From the NCBI GenBank assembly GCA_963843555.1, contig CAWJKV010000006.1:1-64000 (forward strand): DNA of 64,000 bases, read 5' to 3'. The notes below the pieces were generated by a model. That model saw only the letters and a program-made list of their open reading frames with translations. It ran no database searches and had not been told where the DNA came from. Position numbers and translations under genes: made by a program. The DNA is from an uncultured Methanosarcinales archaeon. GTDB lineage: Archaea > Halobacteriota > Methanosarcinia > Methanotrichales > Methanotrichaceae. Positions 42,472-51,064 of this stretch are shown here, in pieces (within the stretch, counting starts at the first letter, position 1; each line of letters starts with the position of its first letter).

Positions 42472-42964
42472 ATGGAGATACTGGTAAAGAGATCTGCGCG
42501 ACGCAGGAAGACCATCCAGGCCAGAATGGTCGGCGGAAAGATGGAAGTCCTGGCACCTGCATCTATCTCAGACGCCGCCCTGCAGGGTCATATCGAAAAG
42601 CTGCGCTCCCGGCTGGAGAATAGAGTCTATCCCAAGGATGACTCCCACCTGCATGAAAGAGCAAACATTCTGAACCAAAGATATTTTCAAGGTAGCCTGG
42701 CCTGGAACAGCATCCAGTACTCCACGCGCCAGGAGCGGCAGGCGTGGATCATGCAACTGCGCCGCCAGGACCATTCGCATAAGCGACAGGCTGGCCAGGC
42801 TCCCCCAATGGGTGGAGGATTATGTAATTGTGCATGAGCTGGCTCACCTCATAGAGCCCAACCACGGCAAGAGGTTCAAGGCGCTGGTACGTAGATATCC
42901 TCTGGCGGAGAGGGCTATCGGATTTCTGATGGCATCGGAGACTCTGGATAGAGAGAGAAGTTAG
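42472..42964 (+). CDS. M48/YgjP-like (DUF45) zinc metallopeptidase-domain protein; frameshift near 42740
   Basis: RSARRRKT N-terminus; the second frame reads GSC...IRISDRL...DYVIVHELAHL..NHG to TAG 42964. Confidence 0.8.
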
Positions 42965-43182
42965 TTGGATTCCATTATCTGACCAATGCCCAAACAATTA
43001 TCCCTAAATCTACTTATCCATAAAACCATTTCTCCATAAAACCGCTCTCAAATAATTCCGTTTCTTGCCAACTCCACTTCAGCCATCATTCTGATCATCG
43101 GATCCTCCGGATCGTTATTACGACATTTATTTATACCGAGATGCTTGACCTGAAATGCACTGTACGTGGAGGTTAGACGGCG

Positions 43183-45240
43183 TTGAGATTCCTCATTTTC
43201 ATCATTCTTATTTTTCTGCTCGTTTCTGAGGGAGCGGGGCTTGGAAAGGCAAGAGTTGGTTCGAAGAAGAGCAGTATGAGCAGCACTCTCATTTCCAGGG
43301 ATCTGCTCTTCGGCAATCCGGACCGCATCACGACCCGCATCAGCCCTGACGGCTCGAAGTTGAGCTTTCTGGCCCCGGAGAACGGAGTCCTAAATGTTTT
43401 TGTGGGGCCGGCAAACTCCCCGGAGTTGGCCCGACCAGTCACCAATGACACCTCTCGCGGGATACGCAGCTACACCTGGGGTTACACCAATGAGCATATC
43501 ATCTACCTGCAGGACCGCAATGGAGATGAGAACTGGGGAGTATACAGCGTCAACTTATCCAGCGGAAAGACTCTTGATCTCACACCGTTTGAGGGCGTTC
43601 GGGCTGAAATCCTGGCTCTCAGCCCCAAGCATCCGGAAGTTGCCGTCATAGGCCTGAATAAGCGGGACCCGGAGTATCATGACCTTTTTCGGTTGAATAT
43701 CGAGACAGGCGAACTGACAGAGCTCTTGGAGAATAAGGACTTTTCCAGCTTTGAGGTGGATGATGAGTTCAATGTGAGGCTGGCGAGCAGAATGAACCCG
43801 GAGGGCGGAAGCGACATCTTCAGACTCGCTGGGGACAAGAGCCAGGAAGTCTTCCTGAAGGTCAAGATGGAGGATGCCCTGAGCACTGGCTTCTTTGGAT
43901 TTGACAAGACACGTGATGTCATTTACCTGGTCGATAGCCGCGGACGGAACACCGCAGCTCTATACGCACTCAATCTCTCGACGGGAGAGAGAGATCTCCT
44001 GGCCGAAGACCCCCAATCGGACTTCAGCGGATTGATGACTCATCCGACGGAGAAGAACGTGCAGGCAGTGGCCTTTTACTATGACCGGATTCGCTGGACG
44101 GTACTTGATCCGGCCATTGCCAAAGACTTGGACTATCTGCATAATGTCGAGCACGGGGACATGATGGTCGTGAGCCGGAGCCTGGACGATAAGCACTGGA
44201 TCGTCGCCTTCAATGCTGACAACAGTCCATCGCGCTACTATCGCTATGACCGGGATATTGGCAAAGCCGTCTTCCTATTCACAGACAGGAAAAAGCTGGA
44301 AGGCCATAGTCTGGCCAGAATGGTTCCCGCCATCATAAAATCGCGGGACGGTCTGGATCTTGTCAGCTATTACACTCTCCCTCCGGCCAGCGATAAGGAT
44401 GGTGACGGATATCCCGACCATCCTCTACCACTGGTTCTGTACGTGCACGGCGGGCCCTGGGGTCGGGACTACTGGGGTCTGGATCCAATTCACCAGTGGC
44501 TGGCAAACCGGGGATACGCCGTTTTGAGCGTCAACTTCCGCGGCTCGACCGGTTTTGGCAAGAGCTTCGTCAATGCGGGAAACCTGGAGTGGGGCAAGAA
44601 GATGCATGGCGACCTCATCGATGCCGTAAACTGGTCTATTGAGAAAGGCATCGCAGATCCCGAGAAGATCGCCATCATGGGAGGAAGCTATGGAGGCTAT
44701 GCCGCTCTGGCCGGGCTTACCTTCACACCCAAGACCTTTGCCTGCGGAGTGGATATAGTAGGCCCCTCCAATCTGATCACCCTCCTGGAGACCATACCGC
44801 CCTACTGGAGACCGGTGATTGAGCAGTTCACCAAAAGAGTGGGCGACTTCCGAACGGAGGCTGGCCGCAAGCTGTTGCAGGAACGCTCACCTCTGAACTA
44901 TGTAGAGCAAATTGAGCGACCGCTACTGATTGGCCAGGGAGCCAACGACCCCCGGGTCAAGAAGAATGAGTCAGACCAGATCGTCAAGGCCATGCAGGCC
45001 AAGAATCTGCCTGTGACCTACGTTCTCTATGCCGATGAAGGTCATGGATTCGCCAGGCCTGAGAACAGGCTCTCCTTTTACGCCATCACCGAGGCATTTT
45101 TGGCAGAGCATCTTGGCGGAAGCTACGAGCCTATCGGCCAGGACCTGTCGGGCGCCAATCTCACCGTGCCTGCTGGTATAGATGCGGTTCCGGGACTTGG
45201 CGCCGCCCTGAGAGATAAATCTCATGCTGAAGAGCTTTAA
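43183..45240 (+). CDS. S9 family serine peptidase (acylaminoacyl/dipeptidyl peptidase)
   Basis: VHGGPW, GGSYGG, NDPRV, DEGHG; start may be downstream (ATG 43275). Confidence 0.93.
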   Translation: MRFLIFIILIFLLVSEGAGLGKARVGSKKSSMSSTLISRDLLFGNPDRITTRISPDGSKLSFLAPENGVLNVFVGPANSPELARPVTNDTSRGIRSYTWGYTNEHIIYLQDRNGDENWGVYSVNLSSGKTLDLTPFEGVRAEILALSPKHPEVAVIGLNKRDPEYHDLFRLNIETGELTELLENKDFSSFEVDDEFNVRLASRMNPEGGSDIFRLAGDKSQEVFLKVKMEDALSTGFFGFDKTRDVIYLVDSRGRNTAALYALNLSTGERDLLAEDPQSDFSGLMTHPTEKNVQAVAFYYDRIRWTVLDPAIAKDLDYLHNVEHGDMMVVSRSLDDKHWIVAFNADNSPSRYYRYDRDIGKAVFLFTDRKKLEGHSLARMVPAIIKSRDGLDLVSYYTLPPASDKDGDGYPDHPLPLVLYVHGGPWGRDYWGLDPIHQWLANRGYAVLSVNFRGSTGFGKSFVNAGNLEWGKKMHGDLIDAVNWSIEKGIADPEKIAIMGGSYGGYAALAGLTFTPKTFACGVDIVGPSNLITLLETIPPYWRPVIEQFTKRVGDFRTEAGRKLLQERSPLNYVEQIERPLLIGQGANDPRVKKNESDQIVKAMQAKNLPVTYVLYADEGHGFARPENRLSFYAITEAFLAEHLGGSYEPIGQDLSGANLTVPAGIDAVPGLGAALRDKSHAEEL

Positions 45241-45245
45241 TGCTG

Positions 45246-46532
45246 TTACAGCGGCGGACCGCCGCTGTGTATGCAGTTGAATCCAGGACAGCCAGCCAGT
45301 CGAAATCGGTGAAGCTTTGAGGAGTTAGCGGGAAGTAGGTCGAGTTCCTTTTACTGCCCGAGCGAGTCGGAAGAGCTGCGATTGCCGGGGCTGGAAGCAC
45401 ACGGCCTTTGTGAGTTGGAATGAACCGCCCCGGCCCCAGCACGGCAGTCAGCCGCGCCTCAAGAGTCCCGGCTTCGGGCTGGCCGATGCCATTGGCATCA
45501 GAGATGCCTAACGCCGTTCCGATGACGGCATAATGCTGGCCGAAGATCTGATCGAGGTGCGATCCCGCAGGCCACCATATCAGCAGGTCGGTTCCCAATT
45601 GCCATTGTGCTTTTCCGCGTTGCAGATGGCTGTTGTGAGCGAAGGCAAGCACTTTCCCCCGACCGCGCTCATGAGAAACCATGTACGCCAGATTATCCGC
45701 CATCATGAGGTCGCGAATGCCGAGACCTTCGACGATCCGTTTGCTCGACGAGCGCGCGAGCGTGGCATGATAGTTCAATAACTGCCGTGCGACTGTTGCA
45801 TACTGCTCGGCTTCCAGATAGCGGCGTTCATTGCTCTTCGCCACCAATTCTGGACGGCGCAGGCGCAGTTCTGAAATAAGATCCTCCGTCTCAATTCGCA
45901 GCGCAGTTGCGGCTGGGGAGCAGCCTATCGATTTCGCCGGATCCATCATTGCAGCAGGATTCTCCCAATCGGCATCCCGGCCAAGAAGCTCTTCGATGCG
46001 CTGGCGGCGCTCCTGGCCGCCGCTATTTTCAATCGAAGCAAGGTAATCGAGAACAAATTGAAGGACCTGTCTTGGACTATCGCTGTCCGTACATTTCAGT
46101 CGGACTATCGAAGCCAAAGAACTGGAGTTTGATGGCGTGCGCGGGATCGGCATTGTACCGCCGCATCCACTCCACGAGTTCTCGATTCGCGTCGAGCCGG
46201 CCGAAGCCGTGGCTAAATCCGGCCTCCTGCACGGCTTCGTACGATGCCGGGCCGCGACCGGCAATGTACTCATTCACCACCCGCGCCCTGGGGAAACTGC
46301 TCTCGATGGCAATGGCGCTGTAGCCATGTCTCTCCACCAGGCGCTGGAAGAGCCGGTTGCGGAGTATAAGAATGTCCTCGCCGCCGTGGAGAGCTTCTCC
46401 AAAGCCGAGCAGCTCCACAGAGCCGCCCAGTGTAGATATGACCCTGTCGATGGAGGCGTTGAGGGCGTGGGACGAATCGATGGAAAACGGAATCGCTTCG
46501 TGTTGAATCCATTCGTCGAGGGTGGCATACAT
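45246..46532 (-). pseudogene. Erythromycin esterase family protein, frameshifted (~46080 and ~45268)
   Basis: GFGEALHG, IAIES, FFGFD, RDLMMADN, AHNSHLQ, FDWL across two ORFs. Confidence 0.8.
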
Positions 46533-46581
46533 GGCACTGGAATTATGTACAGCATCGGAACCTAACATCTTCTCAAGACCT

Positions 46582-46899
46582 CTATTCGCACGCCCTTTTG
46601 CCCCGCATCCGGAAGTATCCAAACATCATGCAGACGTCTTCAGCCTGACCCATCTGCTCGAACTGCTCGCAGGGCGAACCCCGATAACAGGGCAGGTGGT
46701 GGATGGTACAGACCGCCACCCTTCCCTTTCCCTCGACTTCGGCCTCATAGACGAGATGGGGGCACGTCTTTCGGGCAGGCTTGAAGATCATGGCCTCCGT
46801 GTCATCCGGATTGAGCGTCCCTTCGGGAAGTATCGACCTCGGGTTGATGATGAAGATATCCAGATAGAAGCAACATTGGCCGCAGCGCTTGCATATCAT
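46582..46899 (-). CDS. YkgJ/CxxCxxCC cysteine-cluster protein
   Basis: CKRCGQCC, CPHL, CTIH, PC..F. Confidence 0.85.
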   Translation of the reverse strand: MICKRCGQCCFYLDIFIINPRSILPEGTLNPDDTEAMIFKPARKTCPHLVYEAEVEGKGRVAVCTIHHLPCYRGSPCEQFEQMGQAEDVCMMFGYFRMRGKRACE

Positions 46900-47057
46900 G
46901 GAAGTTCTTATCGATATATGGCGGTCTATGTTAATTATCATTTGCGATTCCCTGTTTACATCTGATCTAATTCAAAATTCGCCAGAGAGGCCAGACGGGA
47001 ACAGTAATTGACTTAAGGTTTCAAGGCCCAATAATTTGCCCAGGAGATCCTGAGATT

Positions 47058-47615
47058 ATGAGAATTCTGGTACCCCTGGCAGAGGGCTTCGAGGAGATCG
47101 AGGCCATAAATGTTATCGACATTTTGAGGCGCGCTGATGTGGAGGTTGTGACGGCAGGACTGAAGGACGGACTGGTGGAGGGTGCCCACAAAGTTCGGGT
47201 GATGCCCGATACCAGCCTGGATAAGATCGACTTCAAAGATTTCGACGGCCTGGTCCTGCCCGGCGGGGCTCCCGGCTTTATCAATCTGGGAAATGATGAG
47301 CGCATTTTGAATATGGCACGGGAGATGGATCGCGCCGGAAAGGTCGTGGCAGCGATATGCGCTGCACCCTCGGTCCTCATCAAGGCCGGAGTCCTGCAGG
47401 GCCGCAGGGCTACTGTCCACCCTTCGGGAAAGAAAGAGGTGCAAGCCTGCGCAAAGTTTTCTGAAGACAGGGTGGTTGTGGACAAGAACCTGATCACCAG
47501 CCGCACTCCGGGAACGGCCATGGAGTTTGCCTTGAAACTGGTGGAGGTCCTGGCGGGAAAGGAAAAGATGCTGCAGGTCAAGAAGGAGACGATGGCCATC
47601 TGCCAGGGGGATTAG
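47058..47615 (+). CDS. DJ-1/PfpI (ThiJ/YajL) family protein
   Basis: GFEEIEA, LVLPGG, AAICAAP, ITSR.PGT. Confidence 0.93.
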   Translation: MRILVPLAEGFEEIEAINVIDILRRADVEVVTAGLKDGLVEGAHKVRVMPDTSLDKIDFKDFDGLVLPGGAPGFINLGNDERILNMAREMDRAGKVVAAICAAPSVLIKAGVLQGRRATVHPSGKKEVQACAKFSEDRVVVDKNLITSRTPGTAMEFALKLVEVLAGKEKMLQVKKETMAICQGD

Positions 47616-47724
47616 AGGGGAAGCGGTAGGGATATCAAATCATGGGCTCCGGCTGCTTTGTTTCTGGGGCCTGAATTAGGCCAGACAGCTACGCTAGCCT
47701 ATTTTTGCGGGCTGGGCAGATTGA

Positions 47725-47850
47725 GTTGTCACCCATATCGATGATCCAAAGGCCAAGCTCGACGCCCTTAGACGCCACCAGGCGGAGACCGCCGCCTGGC
47801 CGGGGGTTGCCGCCGGCTGTGCTGAGCGGGCCTTTCGGGGAGAGCTTTGA
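47725..47850 (+). pseudogene. hsdS: 3'-end remnant of type I R-M specificity subunit; direct repeat copy 1
   Basis: Translates VVTHIDDPKAKLDALRRHQAETAA...RAFRGEL*; 47759-47850 is a 92-bp near-identical repeat of 49757-49848. Confidence 0.7.
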
Positions 47851-47900
47851 TGAGGAAAAGGCTTACATCTTGCATTTGCTAATACTATCAAGAGGATCAT

Positions 47901-49232
47901 ATGGCAGAAGGAATAACACGCATCTCTGTAAAGGGCTTCAAATCCCTGGCGGAAGAGTGCTCCATAGAAGTTCGTCCCTTGACAATACTGGCTGGAGCCA
48001 ATAGTTCGGGCAAGTCGAGCATAATGCAGCCATTGTTGATGATGAAGCAGACCCTTGAGGCCACATATGATCCGGGAGCCCTCTTGATCGCCGGTCCGAA
48101 TGTCCTTTTCACCTCGACGGAACAATTTCTCACTAAATCAAATGGCAAAGCCGGCGATAGTTTCAAAATTGAGTTTGATCTAAATAGCTCGTTCTCACTC
48201 AGGGAAACATTCAAAAAAGAGCCAAAAAAAAGCCTTGAGATCGCTGAAATGACTTACATTGAAGGAGAAAAGGCTGTAACAACTTTGCGCCCTGGACTGG
48301 GACATAAAGCCCTTCTCTCAACAGTTCCCTGGCTCGTGGATGTATGGAATAACTTCATAAAAACACAAGGCAAGAAAATTGAAGATGAGCTTGAATTAAG
48401 GACATATCGCATTCGTTGTTTTTTGGATATAGGATATTTTCCAATTATGAAAGCAGATGATGCAACATATGTATCACCCATTCTCATCCAATACATGTCC
48501 GACACCTTCGGGACGCCTCTGCGTGGAATACTCCACATATCAGCTCTGCGGGGAAATCCTCAACGCACTTACAAAATCACAGCCATAACATCACAATTTC
48601 CAGGCAAATTTGAGGATTATGTAGCCAGTATCGTATATCATTGGCAGGTTTCAAAAGACGTAAGTCTTAAGGAGCTTGGAAAAAGCCTTGAACTTCTGGG
48701 ACTGACTCGCAAGATAGGAGCCAAAGCTGTTGATGATACTCAGGTTCAGCTTCTTGTCGGGCGTCTCCCTGCGAGTTCAATCAATACCGCAAAAGATATG
48801 GTGAGCATCGCAGATGTTGGATTTGGCGTATCCCAAACCTTGCCGATTCTTGTTGCACTTCTCACGGCAGAGCCAGGCCAGCTGGTCTACATAGAGCAGC
48901 CCGAGATCCATCTGCACCCGAAGGCTCAAATGGCGATGGCACAAATTCTGGCGGACGCTGCCAACCGCGGCGTCCGAGTGGTGGCAGAGACCCACAGCTC
49001 CCTATTGCTCTTGGGCATCCAGTCTCTTGTCGCTGAAGGCAAGCTTCTGCCTGACAACGTTAAGCTCCATTGGTTCAAAAGGAGGCCAACTGACGGTGTT
49101 ACTGAAGTCACCAGCGCTGATTTGGATAAAGCCGGTGCTTTCGGCGATTGGCCAGAGGATTTCTCTTCCACTGAAATGGATGCCGATACTCGTTACATAC
49201 ATGCAGCCGAGGCCCGCCTGGAGCCGAGTTAA
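47901..49232 (+). CDS. ABC/AAA_21-type ATPase with a DUF3696-like C-terminus
   Basis: Walker A GANSSGKS, DVGFGVSQ signature, IEQPEIHLHP, ETHS, DWPEDF. Confidence 0.9.
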   Translation: MAEGITRISVKGFKSLAEECSIEVRPLTILAGANSSGKSSIMQPLLMMKQTLEATYDPGALLIAGPNVLFTSTEQFLTKSNGKAGDSFKIEFDLNSSFSLRETFKKEPKKSLEIAEMTYIEGEKAVTTLRPGLGHKALLSTVPWLVDVWNNFIKTQGKKIEDELELRTYRIRCFLDIGYFPIMKADDATYVSPILIQYMSDTFGTPLRGILHISALRGNPQRTYKITAITSQFPGKFEDYVASIVYHWQVSKDVSLKELGKSLELLGLTRKIGAKAVDDTQVQLLVGRLPASSINTAKDMVSIADVGFGVSQTLPILVALLTAEPGQLVYIEQPEIHLHPKAQMAMAQILADAANRGVRVVAETHSSLLLLGIQSLVAEGKLLPDNVKLHWFKRRPTDGVTEVTSADLDKAGAFGDWPEDFSSTEMDADTRYIHAAEARLEPS

Positions 49233-49756
49233 TGTCATCTGCGGATTCTAAGCGCCTGGTCATCGACGCATCCGTAGCCACATCAACGGGTGAGCGAGGC
49301 CAAAGAGGTGAACTATGCCAGGCCTTTTTGAGAATCATGATAGATAGGACACTTCATCGCCTGGTCATGACGAAAGAGATAGGAACTGAATGGGATATAC
49401 ACTCACACCCTTTCGCTCGTCGCTGGAGAAGAAGCATGAATGCTAAACGAAGAGTAGATCGGCCAACAGTAGATCGTGATCCCATATTAACGCAAAAGAT
49501 CGTTCGGGCAAATCCACCGGAGAAGGCTCTTTCTGCTATGGAAAAAGATATGCGTCTCATAGAAGCGGCAAGAGCAACGGATAACTGTGTTGTCTCTCTC
49601 GATGACACGGCCAGGAGATTTTTTTGCGCGGCTTCAAGCGGCGTTGGCGAGCTCAGGCAGATTTTGTGGGTAAATCCAGTTAATGAAGACGAGACACCAA
49701 CCAAATGGTTGATGGATGGGGCTCCGAATGAGGAGCGGCGGCAAATACGCCCATGA
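49232..49756 (+). CDS. PIN-like fold protein, translationally coupled to the ATPase
   Basis: LVIDASV, EW, KDMRLIEAA, VVSLDD acidic pattern; TAATG overlap with the ATPase stop. Confidence 0.7.
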   Translation: MSSADSKRLVIDASVATSTGERGQRGELCQAFLRIMIDRTLHRLVMTKEIGTEWDIHSHPFARRWRRSMNAKRRVDRPTVDRDPILTQKIVRANPPEKALSAMEKDMRLIEAARATDNCVVSLDDTARRFFCAASSGVGELRQILWVNPVNEDETPTKWLMDGAPNEERRQIRP

Positions 49757-49848
49757 TCGACGCCCTCAAGCGCCACCAGGCGGAGACCGCCGCCTAGCCG
49801 GGGCTGCCGCCGGCTGTGCTGGAGCGGGCCTTTCGGGGCGAGCTTTGA
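49757..49848 (+). pseudogene. hsdS: 3'-end remnant of hsdS; direct repeat copy 2
   Basis: Translates (M)IDALKRHQAETAA*PGLPPAVLERAFRGEL*. Confidence 0.7.
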
Positions 49849-49910
49849 ATCGAACAAATCGATCTTTATCTCTCGAAAGCTTTTTTAGCTCCAGGCAGCA
49901 ATCTACTATC

Positions 49911-50120
49911 ATGAATTTCAAGGTTGTTCTTCAGGAGGCCGAAGAGGGTGGCTACATAGTGAGCTGTCCAGCACTTCCTGGATGTCACTCCCAGGGCGAT
50001 AATGTGGAAGAGGCTCTGAAGAACATCAAAGAAGCAATAGTGGGCTGCCTGGAATCACTGGCAGAAGAGCGAACAAGGTTGATGGGCTCTTCTGGAAGGA
50101 TCGTAGAAGTAACGGTCTGA
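49911..50120 (+). CDS. hicB: HicB family antitoxin
   Basis: EEGGYIVSCPALPGCHSQGDNVEEALKNIKEAI. Confidence 0.9.
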   Translation: MNFKVVLQEAEEGGYIVSCPALPGCHSQGDNVEEALKNIKEAIVGCLESLAEERTRLMGSSGRIVEVTV

Positions 50121-50126
50121 CTTTCG

Positions 50127-50171
50127 ATGTCCCAAAAGCTGCCCGTGATTTCCGGCAAAGAGGAAGGCTAA
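50127..50171 (+). pseudogene. hicA: Truncated HicA toxin N-terminus
   Basis: MSQKLPVISGKE then EG*, 6 nt after the hicB stop; resembles the usual HicA start (M.KLP.ISGKE). Confidence 0.65.
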
Positions 50172-50626
50172 CGCCAAGATCCTTTGCCTTTGGGCAACTC
50201 CACAAAGGCTTCTGTGGAATAAACAAGCACTCCCTCCAGGCCATGAAAATGCTTATCGTTGGACCACAGCGGGCAGCCCAATTGTAGTGCAAGGGCCAAA
50301 AACGGTGTGTCTTTCACATCCCTTTCCTTCATGAGATCAAAGGCCAAGCCGATCTTTGAGGAATACATCTCAGAGGGCACGACATTCACGGATTCAAGAA
50401 CGAACTCCAAGGCGAAATCGAAGCTATTGGTTTGCACATGTCTGGCCCGCTTGGAGATTATGTACTCGCGATAGCAATCGATCTCGCTCAAACCATCCTC
50501 TGGATAGTAAAAGTTGCAGGCATTGGATCTAAGAATCTTACCTGTCAAGGAGCTGTCTTTTAAAAGAGCCGAGATGAGGATGTTGGTATCGACTACAATC
50601 CGTACTTTTTTCTTGTTTCGCTCCAT
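50168..50626 (-). CDS. PIN-domain (VapC-like) toxin
   Basis: IVVDTNILISAL, DVKDTPFLALAL, LWSNDKH. Confidence 0.9.
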   Translation of the reverse strand: MERNKKKVRIVVDTNILISALLKDSSLTGKILRSNACNFYYPEDGLSEIDCYREYIISKRARHVQTNSFDFALEFVLESVNVVPSEMYSSKIGLAFDLMKERDVKDTPFLALALQLGCPLWSNDKHFHGLEGVLVYSTEAFVELPKGKGSWR

Positions 50627-50802
50627 GCCCGCGCTCTTGCTTCTTCAAGTGCTTCCAGATCTTCCTCACCCAGGGACAGCTCCTCTTTGCATCTCTCAAA
50701 GAGCGCCCACTTCAGCTCTTCTTCCTTCACAAGGTTCTCGATCCTCTTCTTTAAGTATGGCGCAGGGAGACCTTCGGGAACCTTGACGATAATTTCATCC
50801 AT
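50593..50802 (-). CDS. Putative antitoxin of the PIN toxin
   Basis: 69-aa charged ORF directly upstream of and overlapping the PIN gene. Confidence 0.75.
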   Translation of the reverse strand: MDEIIVKVPEGLPAPYLKKRIENLVKEEELKWALFERCKEELSLGEEDLEALEEARARAWSETRKKYGL

Positions 50803-51064
50803 TCCAATTACTGGGCTATGCCTCTAAGACTATTATAGCTTTCCCAGCCTTTGCCCAAACCTATCCTCTGCTTCCAGAAATCGTCGACTGCCGCATTGCC
50901 CCAAGAGGCGGCGTTGGTGCAGCCCGGCAAGGCTTCAGGCAATTTGAATGGTTTTTTAAGAAAAGATATCATCCGCGGTCGAGACCGAGGGGCCGTGCGT
51001 CCGCGTAGAAGGAAGCGGACCTGCCACGGGCGAGCGCGGGCGGATGCATTCGGAGGACATGTAT

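Noticed and set aside
43018..43065. 16-bp tandem repeat CCATAAAACC.. (also the 13-bp GCACAATATGCAA x2 at 55081-55106)
   Set aside because: Two to three copies only; consistent with ordinary slippage duplications.
49795..49797. In-frame TAG in the hsdS remnant as a pyrrolysine codon
   Set aside because: It lies in a 30-codon relic whose other copy has TGG and indels; no pyl context is present.
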